Below, one piece after another: positions 36,848-46,229 of a stretch of 64,000 bases of DNA (positions are counted from its first letter, which is position 1; each line of letters starts with the position of its first letter). The translations under genes and the position numbers were made by a program. This DNA comes from an uncultured Chloroflexia bacterium (lineage in GTDB: Bacteria > Chloroflexota > Anaerolineae > Anaerolineales > Anaerolineaceae). The DNA is taken from NCBI GenBank assembly GCA_963747315.1, contig CAVVEQ010000011.1, positions 53,723 through 117,722 of the forward strand, given 5' to 3'. The notes under the pieces are model-generated. The model was not told the DNA's origin and did not search any database. It saw only the letters and a program-made list of their open reading frames with translations.

Positions 36848-38080
36848 TTAACTCTTGGGCAGGGTAAAGGTGAACACGCTGCCCTGCCCGGGCGCGCTCT
36901 CGGCCCGGATGCTGCCCCGGTGGGCCTCGATGATGCCCCTGGCAATTGCCAACCCCAGCCCGGCGCCCCCGGCGGCGCGGTTGCGGGATTTATCCCCCCG
37001 GTAAAAGCGCTCGAAGACATGCGGTAAATCCTCCGGCAGGATGCCCTCGCCCGTATCCCTGACCGAGACGAAGACGCCCCCCGCCGCCAACCCGGCGCTC
37101 AGGGTGACATGACCTCCCGGCGGGGTGTGGTACAGGGCGTTGCTCACCAGGTTGTTGAGCGCCCGCCCCAGGCGCTGGACATCCATCACCAGCGGGTCGA
37201 TGCCCGGCGCGGCCGAGCCGCTCAGGATTACCTGCTTTTGAGCTGCCAGGCCGGAGAAGCTTTCCAGGGTGTCGGAGATCAGGTCGGAGAGGGAAGCCGG
37301 CTCCAGGTACAGGCTCAACCCACCCGCATCCAGCTGAGAGACTTGAAACAGGTCGTCCACCAGCAGGGAGAGGTTATCCACCTGCTTTTTGGCCTGCGCC
37401 AGGTATTGCTGCTGGGCTTGCGGGTCGGTGACCATGCCGTCTGCCAGGGCCTCCACCAGGACGCGGATCGAGGCCAGCGGGGTGCGCAGGTCGTGCCCGG
37501 CCCAGGCCACCAGGTCGCGGCGCAGGGCATCCAGCTCTTTCTGTTTCTGGTCAGCAGTCTGCAGGCGCTGCGCCATCTGGTTGAATGACTGCCCCAGGGC
37601 GGCGATCTCATCCCTGCCGGCGATGCTTGCCCGGGCAGACAGGTCCCCGCTTTCGATGGCGCGGGCGGCGTCTTCCAGCCGGGCGATGCGCTCGGTGAGC
37701 GCGCTGGCAAAGAAAGTGCCCAGCGCCACGGCGATGCCGCCCGCAAAAACCAGCAGGACCGTCGCCAGCATCAAGTCGTGCTGGCTGGCGAACATCAGCC
37801 GGGCTGTCAGCCAGACATTCAGGAAGGTTAGCAGGCTTGCCAGCACGTAAGTCCCGCCCAGCGTCCAACGCAGGGAAGGCGCCCACTCCAGCCAGCCCCA
37901 GCGGTAAGCCGCATACCCGGCCAGGATCGAGATGACCGCCGTCAATGCCAGGAACTGCGCCATCAGCCCCAGGTCGCCCATCGACGGGCGCATCAGCCAG
38001 TAGAAGATGCCCAGCGAGACGAGCAACACCAGGATGATACCGCTGGCAAGCAGCACGGTGCGGGAAGTGGATCTCTGCAT
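36848..38080 (-). CDS. Sensor histidine kinase (TM, HAMP, HisKA, HATPase_c)
   Basis: H-box AWAGHDLRTPLASI; N/G boxes NLVSNALYHTP and GGAGLGLAIARGIIEAHRGSI; HAMP-like segment RIARLEDAARAIESGDLS. Confidence 0.9.
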   Translation of the reverse strand: MQRSTSRTVLLASGIILVLLVSLGIFYWLMRPSMGDLGLMAQFLALTAVISILAGYAAYRWGWLEWAPSLRWTLGGTYVLASLLTFLNVWLTARLMFASQHDLMLATVLLVFAGGIAVALGTFFASALTERIARLEDAARAIESGDLSARASIAGRDEIAALGQSFNQMAQRLQTADQKQKELDALRRDLVAWAGHDLRTPLASIRVLVEALADGMVTDPQAQQQYLAQAKKQVDNLSLLVDDLFQVSQLDAGGLSLYLEPASLSDLISDTLESFSGLAAQKQVILSGSAAPGIDPLVMDVQRLGRALNNLVSNALYHTPPGGHVTLSAGLAAGGVFVSVRDTGEGILPEDLPHVFERFYRGDKSRNRAAGGAGLGLAIARGIIEAHRGSIRAESAPGQGSVFTFTLPKS

Positions 38081-38084
38081 GGCG

Positions 38085-38768
38085 CTACGGCTCGAACTTA
38101 TAGCCCACTCCCCACACGGTCACCAGGTGGCGGGGGGCAGCCGGGTCCGGCTCGATCTTCTCGCGCAGGCGGCGGATGTGCACGGTGACCGTGCCGGGGT
38201 CGATATAGTCCGACAGCCCCCAGATGCTCTCCAGGAGCTGGTCGCGGGTGAAAACCTGGCGCGGGTGCTGCGCCAGGTGGTAGATCAGGTCGAACTCCTT
38301 GGCGGTCAGAACGATCTCCTCGGCGCCCCGCGTGACCAGGCGCATCTGCGGGTTAATCCTCAGGTCGCCAAAATCCAGAGCGCGCTCTTCAATAGCCTGG
38401 GGAACGGGCCGCGTCCGGCGCAAAACAGCCCGCACCCGGCTGACCACCTCCTGCGGGCTGAAGGGCTTGACCACGTAATCGTCTGCGCCCAGCTCCAGCC
38501 CGGCGATGCGGTCGGCCTCCTCGCGGCGGGAGGTGAGCAGGATGATCGGCACATCGAAGCGGTCGCGCAGGTTGCGGGTGAGGGTGAAGCCGTCTATGCC
38601 GGGCAGCATCACGTCCAGGATGACCAGGTCCGGCAGCTGGCGCATCAGCGCCTCCTGGGCTGCCAGGCCATCGGCGTAGCAGGTCACCTGGTAACCGGCC
38701 CGCTTCAGGTACAGGCTGACCACCTCGCGAATATCCGGCTCATCCTCGACGATCACGATCTCGGTCAT
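38085..38768 (-). CDS. OmpR/PhoB-family response regulator
   Basis: Receiver domain (IVIVEDEPDI...DLVILDVMLPGIDG) plus a winged-helix output domain (LTAKEFDLIYHLAQHPRQVFTRDQLL...VWGVGYKF). Confidence 0.9.
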   Translation of the reverse strand: MTEIVIVEDEPDIREVVSLYLKRAGYQVTCYADGLAAQEALMRQLPDLVILDVMLPGIDGFTLTRNLRDRFDVPIILLTSRREEADRIAGLELGADDYVVKPFSPQEVVSRVRAVLRRTRPVPQAIEERALDFGDLRINPQMRLVTRGAEEIVLTAKEFDLIYHLAQHPRQVFTRDQLLESIWGLSDYIDPGTVTVHIRRLREKIEPDPAAPRHLVTVWGVGYKFEP

Positions 38769-39007
38769 GGGGTCTCCACATTGGGCTGGCGCACCGTGCC
38801 AGGCGAGCTGGGTGAATGACGGAGCGCTTTGAGCTTTGTCCAGGTTTTAGAACACAGCTTTCAACTACAACCAGGAGCCTGGACAAAGCAAGTATATACC
38901 GGAATTATTACACAAATCTTAAGCCTTGTTCATAGTCCCGTAAGGTTGCCTTCGGTTTCTCGTAAGAACTACTCGCTAAGATGATGAAAACCAGAAATAC
39001 GGAGGCT

Positions 39008-39662
39008 ATGATGATTAAGAAAACCCTGCTTGTCGTGTTCGTTTTCGCCCTGCTCGTCAGCGCCTGCTCGCCCGCAGCGGAGGCGATGGAGGAGAAACCG
39101 GCTGAGGCGATGATGGAGGAGAAGAACTCCTGACGCAATGATGGAAGAAACGCCCGAGACTATGATGGATGAGAAAACCCCCGAGGCGATGGTGGATGAA
39201 ATGATGGAAGCCCCCGCCTGGTTCGGCGCGGCGCTGACCAACGTGAGCAGCGGGGAGGACTTCACCATCAGCGACTTCAAGGGTAAAGTCGTCCTGGTGG
39301 AAACCCTGGCGATGTGGTGCCCGAGCTGCAAACGCCAGCAAATCCAGGTGAAAGCCCTGCACGAAGCGCTGGGTATGGACGAGGACTTGGTTTCGATCGG
39401 GCTGGATATCGACCCCAACGAGAACGCCGCCGACCTGAAAGCTTATACGGAAGCCAACAGCTTCGACTGGATTTACGCGGTGGCCCCGGCAGAGGTATCC
39501 CGCGAGATCGGCGCTCTGTACGGCGACCAGTTCCTGAACCCGACCTCCACGCCGATCCTGGTCATCGACCGCCACGGCGAGGTCCACCCCATGCCGTTCG
39601 GGGTCAAAAGCGCCGCAGACCTGCAAGCGTTCATCGAGCCTTTCCTCAAGGAAGGAATGTAG
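39008..39662 (+). CDS. TlpA/ResA-like thiol-disulfide oxidoreductase lipoprotein (CPSC); the signal-peptide exon is separated by one frameshift
   Basis: ATG 39008 follows GGAGG and encodes MMIKKTLLVVFVFALLVSAC...EAMMEEK, then a stop at 39131. The frame of track ORF 39138..39662 continues ...TPDAMMEETPE... if one A near 39125 is removed. Active site is LAMWCPSCKRQ. Confidence 0.75.
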
Positions 39663-39690
39663 GCCCAACCGGAGGGAAAGCGAGCCGACT

Positions 39691-40359
39691 ATGGAAACCG
39701 TCCTGACTTCGATCAGCCTGGGCCTGCTGGCCAGCGCCAGCCCGTGCATCCTGCCGCTGTATCCAGGCTACCTGGCCTACCTGAGCGGGGCGAGCCAGAC
39801 ATCCCGCGGCAGCAAGCGCTATTTCCTGGGCTTCTTTGTGCTGGCAGGCGTGCTGAGCATGATGCTGGCGCTGGGCCTGCTGATCGCACTGGTATCGGTT
39901 TCGGTGGGGCGGGCGCTCTCGGTGGTCATCCCTCTGGCAGACCTGCTAATCATCTCCCTGGGGGTCCTGCTCCTGCTGGACAAGAACCCGTTCAAGGCCT
40001 TGCCGCAGATCGAAGCGCCCGCCTTGAGCAGCCCGTACGTCAACGCCTATCTGTACGGCTTGCTGTACGGACCGATCGCCCTGCCCTGCTCTGGCCCGCT
40101 GGTGGTGAGCATCTTTGCCATCTCGCTAACCGCTGCAGAAGCCCTGAGCAAGCTGAATATCTTCCTGTGGTTCGGGGTGGGGTTCGGGCTGCCGCTGCTG
40201 GCGCTCTCGCTAATCTCCGGCGCCATGCAGCGCGATATCACCCGCTGGCTGGCGATCAACGCCCGCCTGGTCAACATCCTGGGCGGGCTGCTGCTGGTGG
40301 GGATTGGGCTCTACGATTTCTGGGCCAACTGGGAGCTGATCGGCCTGCTGCTGGGGTAA
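39691..40359 (+). CDS. ccdA: Cytochrome c biogenesis / thiol-disulfide electron transfer membrane protein CcdA (DsbD-like TM domain)
   Basis: Conserved Cys in TM1 (ASASPCILPLYPGYLAYL) and TM4 (GPIALPCSGPL). Six TM helices. Confidence 0.85.
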   Translation: METVLTSISLGLLASASPCILPLYPGYLAYLSGASQTSRGSKRYFLGFFVLAGVLSMMLALGLLIALVSVSVGRALSVVIPLADLLIISLGVLLLLDKNPFKALPQIEAPALSSPYVNAYLYGLLYGPIALPCSGPLVVSIFAISLTAAEALSKLNIFLWFGVGFGLPLLALSLISGAMQRDITRWLAINARLVNILGGLLLVGIGLYDFWANWELIGLLLG

Positions 40360-40490
40360 AGGATTGAACCGCAAAGAGGTAAAGATTTAACCACCAAGAA
40401 CACCAAGAAGTGCGAAGGAACACAAAGAAGGCTTTATTAAATCTCTTCGTGATCTTCGGGTTTTCTTGGTGGTCTTTGTGGTTCAATATA
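40358..40490 (+). repeat. Hairpin-repeat family, variant A copy
   Basis: aaagatttaaccaccaagaacaccaagaagtgcgaaggaacacaaagaag...cttcgtgatcttcgggttttcttggtggtctttgtggttcaata. Confidence 0.85.
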
Positions 40491-40504
40491 TCCTAGCAAG
40501 AGGC

Positions 40505-40617
40505 AGAGATTGAACCACCAAGAACACGAAGAAGTTCAAAAGAACACAAAGAAAACCTTATAAACTCCTTCGTGTTCTTCAGGTTTTCTTCGTGTTCTTC
40601 GTGGTTCAAGGTTTTAT
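40505..40617 (+). repeat. Hairpin-repeat family, variant A copy
   Basis: agattgaaccaccaagaacacgaagaagttcaaaagaacacaaagaaaa...cttcgtgttcttcaggttttcttcgtgttcttcgtggttcaagg. Confidence 0.85.
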
Positions 40618-40623
40618 TTACCG

Positions 40624-40995
40624 TTATTCCTGGATGATTTCCGCCTGGAAGCGGCGCCGGTGCAGGTCTTCGCGCACCGGGGCGAAGAAATCGGTCAGCT
40701 CGGCGGGCACATCCCCATCGTTGCGCTCGGAATGGGGCGCGCCGGGCGGGATGTAAAAGAACTCGCCGGCGCTCACCGGGTACTCTTCGCCGTTGATGGT
40801 GAAGATGATCGTCCCTGCCAGGACGATCCCGCTCTGCTCATTGGGGTGGACGTGCACCGGTGCGTTGGCGCCCGGCTCCCAGCGCGTCCACATCACGGTC
40901 ATGTTCTGCCCTTCGATCAGCATGCGCGAGAACACGCCCTTGTGCTTTTCGATCGGCCATTCTTCTACATTGGCTGGGTTAATCACGTGGTTCAT
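40624..40995 (-). CDS. Cupin-domain protein
   Basis: Cupin motifs GANAPVHVHPNEQSG and GEFFYIPPGAPHS. Confidence 0.85.
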   Translation of the reverse strand: MNHVINPANVEEWPIEKHKGVFSRMLIEGQNMTVMWTRWEPGANAPVHVHPNEQSGIVLAGTIIFTINGEEYPVSAGEFFYIPPGAPHSERNDGDVPAELTDFFAPVREDLHRRRFQAEIIQE

Positions 40996-41049
40996 GGTTT
41001 AATCTCCGTGAGGGGGTTGGGTGAGGTCTGGACTCATTTTAGCATAGGA

Positions 41050-41158
41050 TTAAAGATTGAACCGCCAAGGGCGCGAAGAAGCGAAGAAGCACAAAGAAAA
41101 CCAAAAATATATCTTGGTGTTCTTTGGGTTCTCTTGGTGGTCTTCGTAGTTCAATGTT
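41050..41158 (+). repeat. Hairpin-repeat family, variant A copy (near-twin of 45012..45124)
   Basis: ttaaagattgaaccgccaagggcgcgaagaagcgaagaagcacaaagaaaa...ttctttgggttctcttggtggtcttcgtagttcaatgtttt. The termini are inverted (GATTGAAC...GTTCAAT). Confidence 0.9.
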
Positions 41159-41180
41159 TTACATTTTTACGGGGTGGGAG

Positions 41181-41225
41181 TAAAGATTGAACCGCCAAGG
41201 GCGCGAAGGGGCGCGAATAATCACG
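41181..41225 (+). repeat. Hairpin-repeat family, truncated left arm only
   Basis: taaagattgaaccgccaagggcgcgaaggggcgcgaataatcacgc. Confidence 0.7.
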
Positions 41226-41239
41226 CAGAATATCGCTGC

Positions 41240-42847
41240 TTATGGGACAATGTGAAATATTACCGCAAAACCATCGCGATAAACTTCTTCCAAGCGCAAA
41301 TCGGCTTCAGCCTTGCGGATAAAAGCAGTATGGTTCAGGTCAGAGAGGATATAGCGGGCAGCAAATTTACCCTCGATCTGCTGGGATAGTTGATCCACCT
41401 GGCCACGGGTTATCGCTCGCCAATCCTCGTATAGCCCCGCGTTATACAATTGCATATAGGTAGGATCTAACCCGATTAGATATGTGTTGTGTGTATTGTA
41501 GAAAAATAAACGCGGGAAGTCATCCCAATCTGTCTGGAAAATGCGCTCGCCTTGGGCAGTGTTCCGAATTAACCAGGCAGAAGCATCGGCGTACGTCTCA
41601 TAGGGTTTGGATCCTTGAATGCTTTTGATAGTTGCAGGCAAGGTGTGGAATACGCCCAGGCTCACCAGGATCAACACCGTACCGGCGATCCCCAAATATT
41701 GCCAGCGGGACGCAAGGACTTGCTTCAGTTTATCCGGCGCAGCAACCAGGGTTTCCTCTAACCAACCGCCAGGCTGCAACAGGGATTGAAATGCCAGGCT
41801 GCCAAATATCAAGGCAAAAGGAGCAAGATATTCAATAAAATGGCGTGATCTCATGGTCATCCAACTGAAAAGGAACACCATTAACAATGCCACCGCCGTA
41901 GCTGATTTCATACGCCGCCCTGTAATCCCCAGGGTAAGAAAGCCTAAACCCAGCAGCGCTAGTACCGGCCAGGAATTCTCCAATAACTGAGCAGTGGTAT
42001 AGGGATACCATTCGCCACCCACCCCCACCGAAGTGGCTTCTCCTACTTTTGGCAGGATATGCCGGATCGTAAAAATAATGTTATGCGGGAAATATGGATG
42101 AATGACCAAACCGGCTATGATCCCGATCATTGAGTAGACCGCTGGTTGAAATGCCAGGCGCCTGTCAACCAGCCATACTGCCAATGCATAAACCACTGCC
42201 ATAATTGGTAAAAGGGGAAAAGCATTATACATCCAGACATAAATAAAACCGACCAGGACAAATAGTTTTGTTCTTCCTTGTAGCATCCAATGCAAACTCA
42301 ACGCCAGGATGGCCAGAGATAACGACGGGGACCGTGTAAGGCTCATCCTGGACAAAAATGCCTCCGAGATAACCAGCAATCCCAAAGCCCACAAGGCAGG
42401 ATAGCGCACCTTCTGCCCACGGAGTAGCCACCAAATACATAAAAAGGCAGCGCTGGCAAAGATAATGCTCGCCCATTTTGCCCCTAATCGTAAATCGCCA
42501 AAGGTAAACGGGATCAGTGCAACATGAAAAAGGAAATGATGATTACTATACTCGCTCTCATTTAAGATGGTTAACGGCAACCAGGGATAGTCTGGGCGCA
42601 AACCCTCCTGACGCATGATCTGAGCCATTTTTATATGGTAATACCCATCGTTGCCGGCCAAATCGGGGGTCGAAAATTGGATCACCGACATACCCAAGCT
42701 AAAAACAAAAAACAGTAAGATTGCTTGCAAAACCAGCTTGATGGCAGGTTGAGAAACCAGGACGTTGCGAATATTCTTAATAACCGAAAAAAGGCGACTC
42801 TGGACTGCTGCGTTGAACGATTTCTCGTAGGGAAGTTCGGGATTCAT
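41240..42847 (-). CDS. Large polytopic membrane protein, GT-C-like (AT-richer cassette)
   Basis: 535 aa with about 13 TM helices. First loop is [18 protein letters not shown]. The C-terminal soluble domain ends ...[13 protein letters not shown]. It lies downstream of the sigma/anti-sigma pair on the same strand. Confidence 0.7.
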   Translation of the reverse strand: MNPELPYEKSFNAAVQSRLFSVIKNIRNVLVSQPAIKLVLQAILLFFVFSLGMSVIQFSTPDLAGNDGYYHIKMAQIMRQEGLRPDYPWLPLTILNESEYSNHHFLFHVALIPFTFGDLRLGAKWASIIFASAAFLCIWWLLRGQKVRYPALWALGLLVISEAFLSRMSLTRSPSLSLAILALSLHWMLQGRTKLFVLVGFIYVWMYNAFPLLPIMAVVYALAVWLVDRRLAFQPAVYSMIGIIAGLVIHPYFPHNIIFTIRHILPKVGEATSVGVGGEWYPYTTAQLLENSWPVLALLGLGFLTLGITGRRMKSATAVALLMVFLFSWMTMRSRHFIEYLAPFALIFGSLAFQSLLQPGGWLEETLVAAPDKLKQVLASRWQYLGIAGTVLILVSLGVFHTLPATIKSIQGSKPYETYADASAWLIRNTAQGERIFQTDWDDFPRLFFYNTHNTYLIGLDPTYMQLYNAGLYEDWRAITRGQVDQLSQQIEGKFAARYILSDLNHTAFIRKAEADLRLEEVYRDGFAVIFHIVP

Positions 42848-42941
42848 ATCTCAATTATTCCACAAGATGGCTGCAGGCAGTATCCGAGCTCCCTGCAGCC
42901 ATCACTGCAACCGAGATGGTCTACATTAGCTAATATTTTGA

Positions 42942-44333
42942 CTAGTCGTCATCATCATCATCGTCGTCACCATCATCATTGTCGTTGTCGTTGGTGTTCC
43001 AGTTGTCGTTCAGGTTGTCGTTCCAGTTGTCATTGGTGTTCCAGTTGTCATTCAGATTGTCATTCAGATTGTCATTCAGATTGTCATTCAGATTGTCATT
43101 CAGATTGTCATTCAGATTGTCATTCAGATTGTCATTCAGATTGTCATTCAGGTTATCATTCAGGTTATCGTTCAGGTTATCATTCAGGTTATCGTTCAGG
43201 TTGTCATTCAGGTTGTCATTCAGGTTGTCATTCAGGTTATCGTTCAGGTTATCGTTCAGGTTATCGTTCAGGTTATCGTTCAGGTTATCGTTCAGGTTAT
43301 CATTCAGGTTATCGTTCAGGTTATCGTTCAGGTTATCGTTCAGGTTATCGTTCAGGTTATCGTTCAGGTTATCGTTCAGGTTATCGTTTATGTCATCAGT
43401 AGAGGCGAGTTCAACTTCACGCATAACCAGGTTTCCATTGGCATCTTGCAAGGCATGTACCTTGACCAGGCTACCCACCGTGATCTGTCCTTTGATCTCC
43501 GAGGTGGGGACCAGAACAAAAGTGCGCCCGCCAACCACCCAAGAGTCTGCATTGATCGCTTCAACGGTGCCAACGTACTCGATCTCACCGTCGTCAAAGC
43601 TACCGGCAGTATTTGAAACCAGGATCGCACGCTTTATTTCGTCCTGAGCAGTTTCAGGTAAGGCACTCATCATTCCGCTCAAGGTCTCCGTGTAGCGCTT
43701 AAGAAGTACTGCCACCCGAGAAGCCAGTTCCTGGGCGCCGGTCGGGTCGCCAGCAGCCACGGTTTCTAGCTCTGCGATCGCTCTCTGAACATATTGTTCG
43801 TATTCCTGAACCGCCTGGGCAATATCTACGTAGCGCCCGCTGGCAATCAACCGGGCAATCTCGTCCAGGCGCCGTTCAGCAAAAGCCAGATTGAGTTGGG
43901 CTTTTTGGGCTGCATCACGTGCCAGGGTAACACGAGTTTGTTCCATACCCGTCTTTACACTATAGAGTACATCGCCGGGTAAAGCCGATTGGGATGCATA
44001 AGCTGTCATTCCTGCCCCGCCAAACAAAAAGGTAACTAATATTACCAAAACTGCTGCTAAAGTAAGTACAGTCCGAAACCCAGGGGTAGCCATGTTCCAT
44101 TTCTCCTTCCATTGCTGGTAAAAAGGTACCTTGCCCGCTGTACGGGTATTGTATGAGAAACCTTGCTCCTTGACTATCTCGTCAACCTCAGCAACAAAAT
44201 TGGCCAAGCCTCTGGCTGCGGCATCAGGATCACGGGGGGGTACCGAGCGTAGCTGTTGATACCTGCGCTCCAGTTCTGGGTCTATGGGTTGTTCTGAAAG
44301 AGGGTTATCAGCCACGGGTATTACTCCTCGCAC
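42942..44333 (-). CDS. Anti-sigma-factor-like single-pass membrane protein (DUF5667/DUF5666-like ectodomain) with a C-terminal (NDNL)n repeat and poly-Asp tail
   Basis: It overlaps the sigma gene by 13 nt. TM helix [21 protein letters not shown]; [21 protein letters not shown] (DUF5667-like); beta-barrel-like [21 protein letters not shown]...; then about 28 x NDNL and [11 protein letters not shown]. Confidence 0.75.
   Translation of the reverse strand: MRGVIPVADNPLSEQPIDPELERRYQQLRSVPPRDPDAAARGLANFVAEVDEIVKEQGFSYNTRTAGKVPFYQQWKEKWNMATPGFRTVLTLAAVLVILVTFLFGGAGMTAYASQSALPGDVLYSVKTGMEQTRVTLARDAAQKAQLNLAFAERRLDEIARLIASGRYVDIAQAVQEYEQYVQRAIAELETVAAGDPTGAQELASRVAVLLKRYTETLSGMMSALPETAQDEIKRAILVSNTAGSFDDGEIEYVGTVEAINADSWVVGGRTFVLVPTSEIKGQITVGSLVKVHALQDANGNLVMREVELASTDDINDNLNDNLNDNLNDNLNDNLNDNLNDNLNDNLNDNLNDNLNDNLNDNLNDNLNDNLNDNLNDNLNDNLNDNLNDNLNDNLNDNLNDNLNDNLNDNLNDNLNDNLNDNLNDNLNDNWNTNDNWNDNLNDNWNTNDNDNDDGDDDDDDDD
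42978..43392. repeat. 12-bp tandem repeat array (~28-30 units) encoding (NDNL)n on the minus strand
   Basis: Plus-strand units ttgtcattcaga / ttatcattcagg / ttatcgttcagg / ttgtcattcagg occur in homogeneous sub-blocks. Confidence 0.95.
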
Positions 44334-44857
44334 ACTGTCATAGACTGGCGCAATGTTACCAGAGCACGGTATTGCAATGCGCGTGTAGCATCCACGGTCT
44401 TTCCCAGTAATTCAGCAACCTGATCATGTGACCAGTCTTCCATGAAACGAAGATCAATCACAATCTGTTGCTCGTATGGCAGTTGGAGCAAAGCATTTCT
44501 GAGTTGCTCAGTCTCCTGCCTGTTAAGAACTCCATTTTCAACATCGCTGTCTGGGTCAGGCTGTGAGTCTGCTTCCAGGGTTATATTGGAGGTCTGCTTG
44601 CGGTAAAAATCAACCGCCCAATTGTGTGCCATCCGGTAAAGGTATGCCCGCAAATTGCCTTCGGGGGTCCGTCTGCTCCGGATCAATTGTAAAAACCTTG
44701 AAAACGTTTCTGCCACACATTCCTCCGCCAGATACTGGTCGCCTAGCAGCCGGTAGGCATACCGGTACATACCTGGGCTGTTGTCCTTGTAGACCCTGAT
44801 CAGAGCTTGTTTATCCAATTGCTGCGCCTCGGTCGACAGCACTGCTTCCTTGCACAC
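44321..44857 (-). CDS. ECF-type RNA polymerase sigma-70 family factor
   Basis: Region 2 (YRYAYRLLGDQYLAEECVAETFSRFL...YLYRMAHNWAVDFYRK) and region 4 (LPYEQQIVIDLRFMEDWSHDQVAELLGKTVDATRALQYRALVTLR). Confidence 0.9.
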   Translation of the reverse strand: MCKEAVLSTEAQQLDKQALIRVYKDNSPGMYRYAYRLLGDQYLAEECVAETFSRFLQLIRSRRTPEGNLRAYLYRMAHNWAVDFYRKQTSNITLEADSQPDPDSDVENGVLNRQETEQLRNALLQLPYEQQIVIDLRFMEDWSHDQVAELLGKTVDATRALQYRALVTLRQSMTVCEE

Positions 44858-44969
44858 GGTTTCTCACCCTTTATAACGACGAGAGAAGAAAAACATGACG
44901 ATTAATGTTGGGATTACTCATTATAAACGCATCTAAGCTGCTCAAGCTGCTGACGAAGCTGGGTTCAAA

Positions 44970-45006
44970 TCAGGTGCAACGCACTTCTCAAGTGCATTGC
45001 ACCTGA
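44970..45006. other. 17-bp-stem hairpin abutting repeat copy 45012..45124, upstream of the sigma gene
   Basis: TCAGGTGCAACGCACTT-CTC-AAGTGCATTGCACCTGA, with one mismatch. Confidence 0.6.
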
Positions 45007-45011
45007 ACAAA

Positions 45012-45124
45012 TTAAAGATTGAACCGCCAAGGACACGAAGAAGCGAAGAAGCACAAAGAAAATACTCTTAATTACTTCGTGCTCTTTGGGTTTCCTTGGT
45101 GGTCTTCGCGGTTCAATGTTTAAA
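45012..45124 (+). repeat. Hairpin-repeat family, variant A copy (near-twin of 41050..41158, same orientation)
   Basis: The first 51 nt differ from 41050.. at only 2 positions (ggGcGcg vs ggAcAcg). The right arm is ...ctctttgggtttccttggtggtcttcgcggttcaatgttta. Confidence 0.9.
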
Positions 45125-45192
45125 TCCCTATCCAGAACAAATATTCTACCCCACATCGCTATCCAGGTAATCTTAAAGTTTCCAAATCCCGA

Positions 45193-45221
45193 TTGACATC
45201 TGCTATAATCGCGTGTAAACT
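45193..45221 (+). promoter_or_regulatory. Candidate sigma-70 promoter for the ExeA-like ATPase gene
   Basis: TTGACA (45193..45198), 17 nt, TAAACT (45216..45221). A TATAAT also lies at 45204..45209. Confidence 0.4.
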
Positions 45222-45279
45222 TTAACGAGCTTGCCGAAAGACCTTGTAACCATATCTAAACCTGCAAAAGAGACCTTCT

Positions 45280-46137
45280 ATGGCTACATTGCGCGACCCA
45301 CAACGACGGATCATCTTGCGCGAGCTGGGCTTCTCTGAAGAGCCCTTCTCTCGCTCGGCGGACCCGCGCTTCCTGTACCTCTCTGCCCAGCACGGCGACG
45401 TGCTCGACCGCATCCAGGAGGTCGTCGAGGAGCGCCGCGGCCTGGCAGTGGTGGAGGGCGGCTTCGGGGTGGGCAAGAGCACCATCGCCCGCCGCCTGGA
45501 ATCGATCTACCGCACCTACCCGGCGGATTTCCAGGTGGTCTTCGTCCACACCGCGGCCTACGAATCGGAGTATGCCGCCCTGCTGGACGTGAGCTACGCC
45601 CTCAACCTGGACCGCCGCAAAGGAATGACAATGCAGTGGCGCGAGTTCGAGAGCTTCCTGGTGGACCAGAAAGAGCAGGGCCGCAATGTGGTCGTCATCC
45701 TGGACGATGCCCAGCTCATGGTTCCGGATGCCCTGTCTCTGGTGCACCATATCTACAACTTCGACATCTCGCAAAAGCTGGCCCAGGTGATCCTCTTCGG
45801 GCAGCCCGAGCTGCAGCGCATCTTCAACCAGCGCACCGAGGTGCTCAGCCGGGTGGATGCCTGGTTCCGCCTCAACCCACTCTCCCTGGAAGACACCCTG
45901 GAGCTGATCCGCTTCCGCTGCGCGGTTGCCGGGCGCAAAGACGCCCTGCTGACCCAGAGCGCCTTCCTGGAGGTATGGAAAGCCACCCGGGGCATCCCGC
46001 GCGAGATCGTGGCAGTCTGCTCCAAGGTGATCAACGAGATGGGCTACCAGAAGAAAGCCATGGCAGATAACGCCGTGGTGCACGCCGCCCTGCTCGATTC
46101 GCAGCCGCCGCGCGCCGAGGCCTTCGAGCTGGCTTGA
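45280..46137 (+). CDS. ExeA/TniB-like AAA ATPase
   Basis: LGFSEEPFSRSADPRFLYLSAQHGDVL (ExeA-type N-terminus), Walker A GGFGVGKST, Walker B VVVILDDAQ, and sensor region ILFGQPEL. Confidence 0.8.
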   Translation: MATLRDPQRRIILRELGFSEEPFSRSADPRFLYLSAQHGDVLDRIQEVVEERRGLAVVEGGFGVGKSTIARRLESIYRTYPADFQVVFVHTAAYESEYAALLDVSYALNLDRRKGMTMQWREFESFLVDQKEQGRNVVVILDDAQLMVPDALSLVHHIYNFDISQKLAQVILFGQPELQRIFNQRTEVLSRVDAWFRLNPLSLEDTLELIRFRCAVAGRKDALLTQSAFLEVWKATRGIPREIVAVCSKVINEMGYQKKAMADNAVVHAALLDSQPPRAEAFELA

Positions 46138-46229
46138 GAGTCTGTCATGTGTCGGTTTCCGCCCATGCCCGCTCTCGCCCCGCAGACAACAAAACGGTTT
46201 GCAGTTTTTGACTTCAACCTCAAAAAAAG

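Noticed and set aside
40271-41389. Small ORFs 40271..40486 (minus), the C-terminal part of 40660..41190 (plus), 41174..41389 (plus), and 44965..45156 (minus)
   Set aside because: They are encoded by the hairpin-repeat family (KIEPPRARR..., NHKDHQE... pseudo-peptides). They are repeat-derived, not genes.
42978-43392. Possible CRISPR array because of the regular short repeats
   Set aside because: The period is 12 bp with no unique spacers, and the array lies inside a coding frame. It is a coding tandem repeat, not a CRISPR.
42725-43647. Plus-strand ORFs encoding (CHSD)n/(GYRS)n and (SFRL)n repeats
   Set aside because: They are frame artefacts of the 12-bp tandem array. The minus-strand frame joins seamlessly to a bona fide anti-sigma ectodomain and overlaps the sigma gene as expected.
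44961-45006. tRNA-like GGTTCAAATC (T-arm-like) sequence
   Set aside because: No cloverleaf can be built. The sequence is one arm of a simple 17-bp hairpin next to a repeat copy.
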